A stretch of 64,000 nt of DNA from contig MU057560.1 in assembly GCA_013265495.1 (NCBI GenBank), positions 2,542,909 to 2,606,908 on the forward strand, read 5' to 3'. The notes under the pieces were generated by a model. The model ran no database searches. It worked only from the letters and a program-made list of their open reading frames with translations, and was not told the DNA's origin. Shown here one piece after another: positions 13,091 through 25,879 of the stretch. Position numbers and translations under genes: made by a program. Within the stretch, counting starts at the first letter, position 1. Every line of letters begins with the position of its first letter. Source of the DNA: Vicugna vicugna (Eukaryota).

Positions 13091-16000
13091 CTGAATAACT
13101 TTACAAACGTTTCTAGCCTGCAGCTTTCTCCTGACGCTTACCCAGGCACTTCTCCCAGGGTTTGCCGTGCTGCCTCCTGTGCGTGAGCTGCTGAACTGTC
13201 TTCACCCTTGACCTGGCCGTTGTACAATCACCCAGGAGAGGCGGGTATAACAAGGCAAGCCACGTTGCGGCGACTTCGATGATAGACCCGTGTTCTTGGA
13301 ACACATGTTGTTTTACTGCCCTGTAGTTACGTGAACTTGAAGTCATACTCCGGTCTGAGTATAGTCCTTGAGTGTGCGCTGTCTTACATTCTTAAGTGAG
13401 ATGTCGAGGATCTAATTAGTTAATCACCACAATGGGGATTCAAGAATAATTTTCAACTTAAAAAGATGCTGAAAAGGATAAATATTCCATTGTCTCATCT
13501 TGCTATTAAAACTTAGTAAGCCTCCTTAAATGACTTCACATCATGGGAGCACAGGTGGGCTGAACACTGCCCTTGTGCTGCGGCCACGGTCACTGTCAGA
13601 GCCCGCTGGGGGCCCGGCTTCCCGGTGCTCTGCCCTGAGCACGCGGGGCACTGTTACCCACCTTGCGTGGGGCTCTGTAATGCACATTGTGCAGAACAAT
13701 GGATCATGCTGAACAGAAAACACAGCTCCAGCCCCCAGGAGGGGACTTAAATTTTAGGTACTGAGGGACGCAGCCTGGTGTGAGTGTGGGGTGCCCTAAG
13801 GCAGTGAGGTAGGGAGGCGCCCGAGCTGCCCCAGGAGGAGAGAGGCCAGCAGTCTGCTGGGAGGCAGGCAGTGCACGAAAAAGAAATCACAGTTTCGTTT
13901 TAAGAAAATGAGGCCACAAGAGGAGGAGACGGGGGACGGTAGGAGAGGCATGGTGCCTGAGAATCTGGTCTCCATTGTCAGGCCAAGCCCAGTCCCCCTG
14001 GAGCTGCCCAGACCCACGGTTCTGGGGGGCCGTGGCCCTTCCTGCGGGCGCCCACCGTGTGGGGCCTGGCCGTGTTCCCTGTCAGGGATTCATCAGATCT
14101 TTAGCAATTCGGTGACCATGTGGTTCTGCTCCTCTATGTGTCCGTGGGTTCCTGGAGCCACGGTGTCTCCCTCGTCTACCCCGCAGCGCAGTTCTGCACG
14201 CATGGTGAGTGCTCAGTGCGTATCACACACAGAGTTTAGTTCAGGACGACCCTTCACAATTATACCTGCTAGTTCAGGACACAGGCCAGATCTAATTCCA
14301 GAAGTTCCGCGTCATCCGCCCTGTTCACCTGTAATTACACGCAGTTCCTCTCCGCGACCAAACCCTCGGGTTCACTTTCCTTTTCCTTCGTACTGCTGAG
14401 GTCTTACTCCCCAGCATGCCCCTCATTCCAAGAAATTTCTGACCTGAAAGGATCTGACCTAGTGATACATTTAGAAAGTTCTACCAGGGTTCAGAGAGCA
14501 ATGCTCAGTAAATCTCAGATAAAGAGATTTGAACCAAATACACTTAAAAAATCAGTATTACCTGTTTTGATGATTAGTCGATATATTTCTTTACATTTCT
14601 TTTTCTGAAGTGTTATTATAATATCAAAGTGTTAATAAAGATTATTGCTAATGTATAATTTTATCACCTGAACCTAGTTGAATTTATTTTTGTTTCATTT
14701 TTTGCATAGATTTAATAATAGCAAATATGCAATTTCATTTTGTTTTATTATCTTGACATTATTTGTTTATTTCCCTCCCATAAGTATAATATTCATATTT
14801 CTATTATATCATTGGGTTTCTTTACCTTAGATTTGTAGTTTTTTTTTAAATTGCTAGAAACTTATTGTTGTTTCTAAAGCTTTAAATATAACAAATAGTA
14901 TTAAAAAATGTAGGCATCATAGTATTTTGATTTAATTATTTTGTTTTAATTATTTCCCTAAAATAAATGTATAAACAATTAGGTCAAAGAAAAAAAAAAC
15001 AATCAATGTCCCAAAACACAATTAATAAACAGGTACCTTGAGATTTCAAGAATATTATTAGCAAATTTCAATATTCATAATAATTTCCCTGAAAACTTGT
15101 CTAAAAATACAAGTTTCTTGAGATTCCTCAGAGCTATATGGATACAGAATGACAGAGATGGCATAGGAATTCAAAGTTTAACCATCACCTCAGGTGATTC
15201 TAATGTAGGTATCTAAGTTGTCAAATATAAAGTCAGAAACAAATAGAAAATAGGAGATGTGGAGCCCATAAGAAATCAGTTTTACCTTGCCTCAATTGTG
15301 CACTTAAATACTATTCTCAATGTTGCAGTGCAGAAATTCAAGTTATCACCACATAAGAAAAATTATGCTTTTAGTATTTTTTTAAAAGTTCCTAAATGTT
15401 CTTATTGAATGCATTTTCATCTTATTGTATGGATTAATTCATTTAAAATGTTAATTTATTTAAAAAGAAGGACTAAAAACACTTGAAATAAAATAGTGTT
15501 ATTTAATTACTCACGTGTTAGTCCATAGGTGAGTAGACAGAGACTAAAGGTAGCCCTAAAAGTGGACTGTGAATGTTTGCATATGCATCGCCTTTGTAAA
15601 GCTTGTGCTCCATAAACTCTAGCGCCATATAGAGCTTTCTCAGAAGCACAAGAGGATCACACACCCTTTATTACATGTTTCTTGTTATACTTCATGCGAA
15701 TCTTTATTACTGCTGTGGGTTAGGATGGCAAGTTGTGACTTTCTTTCCTTAAGGCACTTCCATCCCCAGAAAAAAAGACAATTTAACCAGCTAGGGGTTG
15801 TTTGCTTGGTTTGGGTGGCAGAGAAGCTGGAGATTTCAAGGGGAGATTTAAGGCAGGAGGGAGCTGGAGGAGGACTGAGATGATGGAGTCTCAGCAGTCC
15901 TGGCTGATGGCTAAGTGGTACATCTGACGGAAGCTCCAGAGCCCGCTGGGAAGCCTGGAGACGCTTGCAGACTTGTTGATGCTTTAAATGTGTCCCTCAG

Positions 16001-16149
16001 ACCACACAACAACATGACCACATGGGAGAAGCCTTATTGACATGAGGTATCTAATTATTGGCTGAGAATTAAACTAATCAGGAACAAGGGCGACACCTCA
16101 ATTGGAAAGCTTAAAAAAAATAAAAGCAGAAACACCTGCGACTGATGCT

Positions 16150-17500
16150 GAACTGAGGAAGGTCTGTTTCACAGCTTGTGTGAAGGCACAAAAATCACCT
16201 GATGAAACAGAACAAACAAACGAATGATAAAATAACCCTCTGGGGGAAGAAAACCAGAATCCAGAGTTGCTACAATGTCCCATTTTCAACCAAAGATTAT
16301 TAGACACAAAAATAAAGAGGAGAATTTGAACTGTGAGAAGGAAAATTAACTCTGAAGTTGATCTTGGTGTTAGATTTACTAGTCAATAATTTAAAACTAG
16401 CATCTATAAATACAGCCAAATGATTAAATAAAAATATGATGAAGTAATTCCATGAAAATATGCTATTAATGAGTGAATAGATAGGAAATATCAATGAAAA
16501 GTTGAAGCTATACAAAAGAACCAGATGGAGATTCTAGAGCCCAGAAGTATAATGTCTGAAATAAAACTTTACTGAATGAGTTGATCAGCACCATATCAGG
16601 TGGAAGAATCAACTCAAAGAAGATGGATCAATTCAAATCATTCAATTTAAAGAGAACACAAAGAAAAGACTGGAAAAAAATGAAGACATAGGGATGTATC
16701 AAGCATTCCAACAGATGTGTAATTGGAACTCCAAAAAAGAGAGAGAGAGTACAAATCATAAGAAATACTTAGAGCAGTTAGGTCTGGAACATTCCCAAGT
16801 TTGATGAGAACATTGCTTTAAAAATTCATAAAGCACAAAAAGCTTCAAGTATAAAAAGAAAAAAAGTCTTTTATATCTAAAGACACCATCTTTTAAAATT
16901 AAAAGCAAGAGAAAGACATCTTGATAGACAAACATTGGTAGAGTTCATTGCTATCAGACCTATACTATTAAAAATACCCAGAGAAGTCTTTCAGACAGAA
17001 GGCGAATGATAACAGCTGAAAACCCAGATGTATGAATGGAATAAAGGACACAAGAGATGGTAAAAATGTGGATAGATAAAAAAGATGGTATTTCACTGAT
17101 TTTAAAATAAAATGTTGTTTTATTATATATAATACTATATACATTTATCTTTGGTTTTCTTGATGTTATTAAAAGACATACAGCTGCTGAAGAAAAATTT
17201 ATAAAACTGTACTTGGGGTTTATTGAATATATACGACAATAAAAGAACAAAGGAGAGGCAGGTGAGGTGGTTATACAAACAGGCATAGAGTTTTTACGTT
17301 ATATTGGACGTATGTCAGTATTAACTGAAGTTAAAGATGGATGTTATATTACCCAGAGCAACAATAAAACAAAAGAAAATACTAAATATTCAATATGGAA
17401 ATTAAGAGGATGTACTAAAACATATTTAACACAAAGGAAGAGGTAGTTGATTAAGAGAGGAACCAAAAAGGGACGAGATTGACACAAAGCAAAGAGGGGA
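16150..17500 (+). mobile_element. Old L1 (L1M) ORF1 region, decayed
   Basis: A-rich, with motifs such as aagaaccagatggagattctagagc and gtaattggaactccaaaa that are typical of old L1 ORF1. Confidence 0.7.
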
Positions 17501-17609
17501 GGGATGGACCCCATCCAGCCATCACGGCAGCCGTCCCGGATGTGAGTAGACTAAGCAGAGGTCACGTGACCACGAGCTGAGGGACAAGCATAGCCGGTAG
17601 CCTGTTCAG

Positions 17610-18032
17610 CTGAGACTTTCATCTTTGGGTTTTTTAGTTGCTGCTGGACCGAGTTAAGAATTTTGGGGCTATTGGGTTGAAAAGAACGAATCTTACATGT
17701 GAGAAGGCTGTAAATTTTGGAGGCCAACCACAGTTGGAGTGTAATGGGGTGAATCTGAATGCCACCACCCCATTGTGTCTGGAAAGTGGATGGAAACCCT
17801 GGTGGGTCTGAAGGGCAGACGTCCAGCCAGAGAAGATTCTTCTCAAGCCCTGAGGTTTTGGACTTGCTTGGAACCTGTCACGGCTTTCTTCTGTCTTTCT
17901 TTCGGAATGGGGATGTCTGGTCAATGCCTGACCCACCACTGAATGTTGGAAGCACATGACTTGTTTGACTTCACAGGCTCACAGTGGGAGGAGGTTTTGC
18001 CTCAGGACAAATTGTTCCTTGAATCTCCACCA
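17610..18032 (+). mobile_element. MaLR internal (MLT1/MST-int-like) fragments plus an LTR start
   Basis: gagttaagaattttggggctattggg...catgtgagaaggc and ggttttggacttgcttggaacctgtca...ttggaagcacatgacttg match my recollection of the MaLR-int 3' region. Confidence 0.65.
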
Positions 18033-18177
18033 GTATGTGGCTCACGCACTGGCAGTGTGGACGGTGAGTTCACGCGGGCTAATTTCAGCAGCATGAGGAG
18101 AAATGGGCAGAGGACTGACAGAAATAGCTTATGTTGTCCTGAATCAGACTCTCTCGTGTGTTCTGGTTGATTACATT

Positions 18178-18321
18178 TAAAATTTATTTGTTTTAATTTT
18201 TTTGGAGAGGGGTTAATTTGGTTCGTTTGTTTAGTTATGCTTAATGTGGGCCCTGGGAACTGAACCCAGGACCTTGTTCATGCTAAGCACGCGCTCCACC
18301 GCTTGAACTGTACCCTCCCCC
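18178..18321 (-). mobile_element. tRNA-Ala-derived SINE (camelid Vic-1 type)
   Basis: The minus strand reads gggggagggtacagttcaagcggtggagcgcgtgcttagcatgaacaaggtcctgggttcagttccc (Pol III A and B boxes), then an A-rich tail. TSD ggttgattac(a/g)tt at 18165-18177 and 18324-18336. Confidence 0.85.
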
Positions 18322-20169
18322 TGGGTTGATTACGTTCTAACAAATACTCTAATGCTTCTTCTCTGGACCTCTATAAACCAGAATTCAGTGAAGGATATTA
18401 AGGCGATTGTTTCATCCATGTGTCAACCGTATATTTTTAAGTTGCTTTTCATTCGCCTCGCTCAGAGACTGGGCTAGCTGCGTTCCAGCTGGGCACTTGC
18501 AAGTCTCGTCACCAGCTCATTAAACTGATCAGAACATCTAACACGTTGTGTAATTGTCAGAGGCGTGATCACCTTTCACGAGGACTTCATCATCAAGCAG
18601 CCAAACGACGAGGGCCAGCGAGCCGTGGGAAATGCACGGGCACGGCTGTGCTTTGACGGGGATGTGTGCGAGGAGGCAAGCCCTTCCACGTGCTTGCATC
18701 GGGCGTGTTTTATGCTGGGTGGGTGTCTGATACGCGTGGGACACCGTCCTTCAGCCTCATCGGTGCTGCTCCCAAGCAAGTTTCCTCCTGGGACACGGCT
18801 CCGGAGCTTTCGGGGCGTCGCACACTCACGCCAGAGGGTCCTGCTGATTTACATAAACACCTGAGTTCCAGCACCTGTCTGGTGTGCCGTCCCGTCTAAG
18901 GAAGCAGCTGACCTGGCCAACAACAGAGATGGCAGGGGAGTCCAGAGTCACGATGCAGTGGAAGGGACCTCTATCTCACAGGACAGAAATCCCAAGAACT
19001 CCGGGGAGGAGCGTGGGGGCCGTGGGGGAGGTGCAGGGCTTCTCTTAGGGTTCTTTTGATCACTGAGGTGGTTGTTTTTTCAGGAGTGGGAATAAATCCA
19101 CTGAGGCCACCACACCAAGCTCCCACCACTTCTCTCTCCCTTCTGGAAACAGGGGCAGAGGATCTGTGCGGTCCACCTCAGAAACGAGGCCTGGGCCCAG
19201 TCAGTGCTCACTGACTGCTGACACCGCAGTGACAAGGCCTGCCCACTGTATTCACGCAGTCATCACACCTGCTGAAGACGGCCCACAGCCCTGGCTCCTC
19301 GCTCGGTGTGGACGCTCCATCGTTGAATGAGCACTGAGGGCATCCCTGCAGGACCTAACAGGAGAGCATGTGTTCGTGGCAGTGCACGAGTCGGTGCCAC
19401 ACGAGGTCCGCCGTCCACACCAAGCCCTGTGCCCTGAGTGCAGGGGAGGGGGAGAAAGCTCACTTTGGGCTAGGCGGTGACCCTGGATCTGGGCCTTAAA
19501 GGGTGAATGAGAGCAATGGGGAAACATTCCAGTGAGGGGGAGCCAAGGGCAGAGGGCTTGGAAGCATGAACTTACACGCGGTGTCTTCATCATGCGTGTT
19601 TCAGAGGTCCACGGCTGCTCCCTGCGGAGGCCACGCCATCCGTCAGCATGTGAATGTGTGCGATGTGTAGGGGTCATTTCTGAGGCCAAGAGAGCAAAGT
19701 GTCATGTGGCTTCTTCAACTTGCTGAGGGGATCAGCCCAGCGTTTCTAGAGTGACCTGTGCGTCCACTTGCCCTCCAACCACGGGTCACTCCCGAAAGCC
19801 TTTCGTCTGGAGTCTCCTACGTGTGGATGCGCAAGAATTTGTTTGGATGGGAAGACGGTGGAAACCCAGACCCACAAGGGGGATTCACATCCTTCCACGA
19901 CCTCTGGACACTTGAGAACCTCTGTGCCCACAACATGGAGTAATCTGAGCATGTGCGGTTCAGCTGAACTGTGTACTAACAAGAATACGATGCTTGCTGG
20001 GATCTCTTAACAGCAGAGTAAGTGTTGGACCAGCTTCTGTGCCTCTTAATTTCTTGACTTGCCAGAATTTTCCAGTTGGTTTCATACAAGCAATGGAGGC
20101 CGTCGAGCCCCAATCCCTGGTCTCTTTTCAGCTCTGTGACTCTTTCAACACATCAGTCTGTCGCTCCTG

Positions 20170-20545
20170 ACTCCACTGTGGTCACCCTCGCACAAGAGAG
20201 GAAGGCAATTTGGGAGCTGCAGCTGTCAACCTATTCTTCGACCTCCTGGCCCACGCGGCCCTCTTAGGGCTGCGGGGAAGACAGGCTTCGGCTGCAGAGA
20301 GCAGCGGCTCCCACCTTGACATCTGGCTGAGTCCCGGCTCAATTTAAAGCAGCTGCACTTGCTCCCCTGTTCTAACGACTTTCCTTATTACCTGACAATC
20401 TATCTGAACTATCGACTCATTTCCAACCTGCCAGTTCTCTCAGAAGTTATGGAAACGGTCTTCAAACTGCAGCGTCAGCATCTCCTCCCCCACACGCCGT
20501 CTGGCATCAATAGGCCCCGCCCTGGCCGAGGGACAGAGGCCAGCC
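20170..20545 (+). mobile_element. Ancient L2-clade LINE ORF2 (RT N-terminal region) fossil, disabled
   Basis: From 20316 it translates LTSG*VPAQFKAAALAPLF*RLSLLPDNLS, then after a +1 shift at 20407 NYRLISNLPVLSEVMETVFKLQRQHLL...RPGRGTEA. This is collinear with the L2-clade motif series SL..G.VP..FK.A...PLLKKP.LDP..L.NYRPISNLPFLSK..E..V..QL..HL...FRPGH.TETA. Confidence 0.8.
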
Positions 20546-21183
20546 GGGGAGGCTGCGGGCTCCCGGGTGTGCGGCTTAGGCGGCGAGCTGCCGCCCCGGC
20601 TGCTGTGCGTGCCTCGTGGCCGCGGCGGCCTAGGGCTAAGCACGCTTGTCGCTGGCCGGCGCCCGGGCTCTTCGGCACTGGGTTGGAAAGTGCAGGGACA
20701 AGTGGCCTCCGTGTTTCTGACGTGCTGCTCAGTGTCTTCCGCTCTCATTTCCCAGAACCCACTACGTTCATGTTTTTGAAAGAGATTGTCTGTGCTTTCA
20801 ATCTTTTTTTTTTCCACTGTCTCCTTCCTTCATTGAGAGAAATGAGGAACTGAGCCTTGGAGGATGTGGGGCTCAGGGTTTATAGGCGGCTCACTCAAGC
20901 CAAGGACGTGTTTTAAATGAACATATTAAACTCCCCCTCCCCTGAACTGGCACAAGAAGGGGGTGGGGGAGAGGGAAGCCCGCTGGTGCTGAGGGCAGAG
21001 GCCTCGGCGTCTGCTCGCTGCTCCTCCTTACTGGGGGCAGGCTGGGAAGGCACCAGCCCCTCCCTGTCATCTGTAAGGAAGCCTCCCACACCTGTCTTCT
21101 GGACCAAAGAAGGCAATGTGACAGTGTTTTGAAAACTGCAAGATGAAGGCACTAACTGTGTGCTGTCGTGGTCGCTGGTGGCG

Positions 21184-21231
21184 CACTGCGGGTCTTGGCC
21201 TTGGCGACACTGTGGGTCTTGGCCTTGGCGA
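21184..21231. repeat. 24-bp tandem duplication
   Basis: cactg(c/t)gggtcttggccttggcga occurs twice with one mismatch. Confidence 0.9.
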
Positions 21232-22616
21232 GCCAGCCCGGCTGGGAGAAGGCACCGCACAGCACAAGTCATTCGAGTGCAGTTACGCCCCACCCCGCGC
21301 GGAGCCACGTCGCAGTGAAGGAAGACACAGGCGTTCGGTGTCATGTTTAGCTTCTTTCTGGGGCCTCGCCTTGCATTTCTGTCCTTAGGTTGCTATTTAG
21401 TGCAAGCAGAGGGAGGTGGTCACAAGGACGATCAGAGCACCAGCAGACACGTCGGTGGGACCCCGTCTGTGTGGGGGCTTCTGTTTCTAGATGAGCGCCG
21501 TTTGTGAGAAAGCCCTGACTCCTCGGTACGGCCGTTTCATGAAGATGTGGCGGCGGCCCCTGTCCTGGGGCACCACAGCACAACTTTTGAAAGCTGCAGG
21601 AGGCGCGGGCTCCGCCGACCCTTCCCCTGCCCGCTCTGCGTCAGCGTGCAGGCCGGCTGACCATCAAGGTTCCCTGCGTCCTTCTGGTATTTGTCGTGCT
21701 GGGTGTAGCTGTGTGGCTGCCCTCCTGCGGGCCTGCCTCCCCTGCTGGGTCTGCATGACTTGAGGTCAAGAAAACATAGTATTTTTTTTCATGCTTGTAC
21801 ACACAAGGCCTAACATGGTGTTTTGAGTGTAATGACATTTACTAAATGCCGTGGAAACGAGGGAGGGAGGGAGGGAGGAAAGAACATAGGAAGCAAAGAA
21901 TCCAACAGAAACAAGAGAAAATTATGAATTAAGGGTCAAAGAGTAAAACAGAAAAGAATCAAAAAATACACCCAGGGTCAGACTTTGACAGCTAGCAGGG
22001 ATATTTATGGAAAGACCAGAGCCAATTTGAAATTGTCTTTCCAAACTCAAGAAAGTCAAATTTCTTTTCATTTTGAAGTAATTTGTAATTTATGAATGAA
22101 CGTTACACACTTTCACACGGTGGAAATGAGACTTATCCTCTCTTGATTTTAGAAATGATGGTCTTGAGTTTATCAAAATGTGAGATCACTTCATCAGATT
22201 TTAGTTTGCTTTTAATTTATTTCTGAAATGAAACACAAAACTATGGTCAAATTATTCTTACTTTCCATCATGAGTGTTTTTCAGCCAATCAAGCAATCAA
22301 ATTGTATACAAAATATTTGTCTTTGTTAAAAAATTGATGTAGGATTTTATGTTAATTTTATGATCAGAAAGATAAATAAGGACACAAAACGCAAGTCACT
22401 CTAAAATCGTAACGTTTCCTACCCCCTTGCTCACCATATTAAAGGTTACTCTCTCTCTCTCTCCCTTACGGGATCCAGCTCAGATACCCCTTCTCTCCTT
22501 TTACTCCTCAAATGACTGAGCTAATTTTAACGTGTTCACAAGTTTTACTAAAGCTAAATTTTGAATTATTTCTAAGGCACTGCCTTTTAAATATTCCACA
22601 GACATCTCACCTCCAT

Positions 22617-22860
22617 TTTAAAAAATCGCAGTGTAGTTGACCTACGCTGTTGTCTTAGTGTCTGGTGTGCAGCCCCGTGAGTCAGACATGTAGATGTGTG
22701 TGTACAGTATCTTTCATTTCATGTATGTTCAGCTGATTTTCATACAAGTCTTTTCCAGTGTGTCTCACTGCAGGGTACTGACCGCAGTTCCCTGTGCTCT
22801 GCAGCAGGGCCTTGCTGTCTATCTCCTGTGTCTGGTGGTGTGCCTCTGCAAATCTCTTAT
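22617..22860 (-). mobile_element. L1 3' end (artiodactyl-type), GC-shifted
   Basis: gtgtagttgacctacgctgttgtcttagtgtctggtgtgcagc...agttccctgtgctctgcagcagggcctt is homologous to the copy at 56800-57175. Confidence 0.75.
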
Positions 22861-23179
22861 CTTTCTGAAGCTTTATTAGTGTGTGCCACCCGGGGCCGGT
22901 GTGTATGTGAGTGTGAGTGTGAGGGTGTGTGGCCGGAGCTGGCAGGGTGATGTGTTCCACCTGCTGTCTGCCGGCCACGTCCACAGGCAGGGGTCCAGCC
23001 TGGACGGGAAGCTGTGCCAGGGAGGAACATGTAGATGTGAACGCCCCTCCTCTCACCATGGAATTGGTAGAGATACAAAGGAGACACTGTATTTCCCTTA
23101 ATGAAGTGGAGTTGAGATTGGAGTCAACATCATGTCAAATCGCAGGGTCAGGGTGTCCCCAGTGACAAGTCTCTCCCTG

Positions 23180-23288
23180 CTGGACGGTGAGGTCCTGCGA
23201 GCAGAGACCAGCTCTCACTCGGGTTTATCTCGCCCCCGTACCTCGCACAGTGCCTTGCCTATAAGTGTGTCCAGTTGAATTGGAATTC
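23180..23288 (+). mobile_element. L2 3' end fragment
   Basis: gacggtgaggtcctgcgagcagagacc...cctcgcacagtgccttgcctataag resembles the L2 3' terminus. Confidence 0.55.
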
Positions 23289-23635
23289 TTTAATTTATGT
23301 CTTTGTTAGAGTCTGCATCGAGGGGTTCTCGTCTCACCTTTTCAAGATGGAAGTGCAGAGTAACAGGTGCTCCTTTTTGATTAGTTCCTGCGGGAAAACA
23401 CCAGGTTTTGTTTTGGAATGGCCATCAGCAAACGTTCCAGACACGACAGTGGTCCCCCTACGGTGAGGAAGAGCTGCAGCATGTCACAAATGGCCGGGGT
23501 GGTCAAGGGGCGCGGGGTCCAAAAGTGAAAAAGCCCTCCCCATTTCCACCTCCGCCCCCTGCCTCCCTGGAGTGACCCCCCGACAGCGTCCTGGCCCAGC
23601 GACCGAAATGGAAAAATGCAAGCTGTCTAGGGATC

Positions 23636-23778
23636 GTGTGTGTATTTCTATGTGTATATGGATGTGTGTGTTTGTGTGTGTTTGTATATATGTGTTTGTG
23701 TGTATGTGTTGTGTGTGTATTTGTGTGTTTGTGTGTATGTGTGTATGTGTTTGTGTGTTTGTGTGTGTGTGCGTGTGT
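23636..23778. repeat. Degenerate (TG)n microsatellite
   Basis: Directly visible in the sequence. Confidence 0.9.
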
Positions 23779-25879
23779 CTGGAGGCTTGGAGACGCCCTG
23801 TCCTCCTCTGCCGCGTCCTCCTCTCTGCCCGGCCTGTGAGGAAGCAGCTGAAGGGCCGCAGACGCCTCGTGTGCGAGGATGGGCGTGACGAGCTGGGGCG
23901 GTGGGGCAGACCCCGCCAGAGCTTCGCTGCTTGAATCTTTGACCAGAGCTGGGCTCCCATCTGTGAAATGTACGTATTACGTCTCACATGTAGTTACAGA
24001 AACAGTAAGTACCTTATTTACTACACGTTAGTGGTTAAGTTCTTTGACGTGCAGCTGAAAAAAAGAAAAACGAACTGGAAAGTAAACATTCCTGGATTTT
24101 TTCAAAGTACCCCCGCCTTTCCCCAGGAGCCCCGTGCTCTGGGATGACCCCCAGCACCGGCAAGGGGGCCTCGTGCACCAGGGCCAGCCTCGCCTGTGCT
24201 GGCACCTGCAGGAGCAGGCGTGCTGTTTAAGCAGCCTGGCCAAGGGGACCTCAGGACACTTGCTGGAGTGGAAGGTGGAACGGTGGTTTGCTGTCCCTCC
24301 ACTGAGCATGGGAGAGGATGCCCAGGGGCCCGACCACTGCCACGAGCCTGTCTGTCATTACAGGACTGACAGCTGCCTTCTGAGGGGCTGGCCCGGGGAA
24401 GGCGGAGCACAGGGGTGTGCACGCCCGGTACATGAAGCATGCCAGCCAAGCAACTCACGGCTCTGTCTTTAATTTCCAATTATGGGGGACGATAAATCAA
24501 GTTTAAGCTGGGTTTTCTATTATGTGCAATCCGTATACATATACTCTGTGGGTGATGAAGGGAGGATGCTGGCTTCAGTATTCCAATTCTCATTCTGCAA
24601 GAAAAAATCTGGCAATAAAACCGATCTTGAGCGCACATTGGAGGGGTGGTCAGGAGGCCCTAGACTTGCTTCTGAAACAAATAAAAAGGATAATAAGTGA
24701 AAAAGACATGGTCCTAATGCTTGGGAATTTGGTGACAGAATCAGTTAATTCAATTCCATAGAAAACACAAGAGACGGTATAGTAAGGCATTTTTATTTTA
24801 TTTTAGTTAATGGGAGAGCTAATGGATTAAATGATATTAATTTTCACACATTAAAAGGATCACTCTGATATCAGTGTGGGAAGCCTACTGGAGGTTGGTG
24901 GGGACCAGATAATTGCATTGTCTGTCCTCTGGATGGAAGGCGAGACTAGGTCTCCAGGAGCGAGGGTGCAGGGGGACCTGGGGGTGTTCCCCGAGGGGGG
25001 AGACGGGGTCCGATCATGTTCCCTGCTCCCGCAGACAGACGGGAAGGAGGACTCCCCTGAAGCCTCTTCCCTGGGAGGGGTGAGGACCCAGCTTCACCCG
25101 GCTGACGAGAGGAACTGGGACCGAGAGAGGAAGACCAAAATCAGGAGGACAGGTGCAGCCCTAAGCTGAACAGATGCAGCTTGGTTAGCCACTGGGGGAG
25201 GTCCGTCCGGGGTTCAGAACGGAAGGTTCCAGAGGCGCGAGTTGAGAGAGAAGAGCTGGAGCCGGTGGCAGGGGAGCCAGACCGCACGCTTGTGGGGGGG
25301 CTGCAGGGGCGCCTGGGGGCTGTCTACGGCTGCACCCCCGTTCAGGAGGTGACCAAACCGGACTGGCAACTAACGCTAAGGATTCTAATTTTAGGTGCTG
25401 GTAGGTGGTGATGCTCTTCAACAAATGAATACCGGAATTTGGGGGTGGGGTGTGAGCCAGCTCGACTTGGGTTACGAGGCGTCAAAGGTGACTTGAGACA
25501 GCTGGGCAGAGCTGCCACTGAAGCCCTCTCTTCGGGAGAGAGGGCCAGCCGTGGGCCTGGACGTGAGGCTCGTGCCAGGTGGGTCTGGCTGGAGTCACGG
25601 CAATAAATGAGGTCCTTCATCCAAAGGTTCCTGAGTGGGTCTCGATGCCAGGCACTGAGCGGTGGTGCGCGGCCAGTGGCACGAGGCGGTCAGGTTCAGA
25701 GGGGCACAGTGTCTAGAGCGCTCGTGGGATGAAGTCCTGGGGCCGTCCCAGCCACCAGGTGGGAAGATGGCTAAGTAAACAGAAAGAGTGTGTTGGTAGG
25801 AACAAGCAACTGATGATGTTTATTGGTCACACATCAGCCGGGAAAAGAGAAACCAAAAGTTCCCAAGAGGACTGAAGGA

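Noticed and set aside
11972..13186. Three overlapping ORFs of 349-375 aa
   Set aside because: They are stop-free readings of the 54-bp minisatellite with no domain content.
18250..18321. tRNA-Ala gene
   Set aside because: The stems are degenerate, and the A-rich tail and TSD indicate a SINE.
20359..20853. 164-aa ORF as a domesticated RT gene
   Set aside because: Only about 45 aa are RT-like, the start is TTG, the homologous upstream frame has stops and a frameshift, and no catalytic YADD motif is visible.
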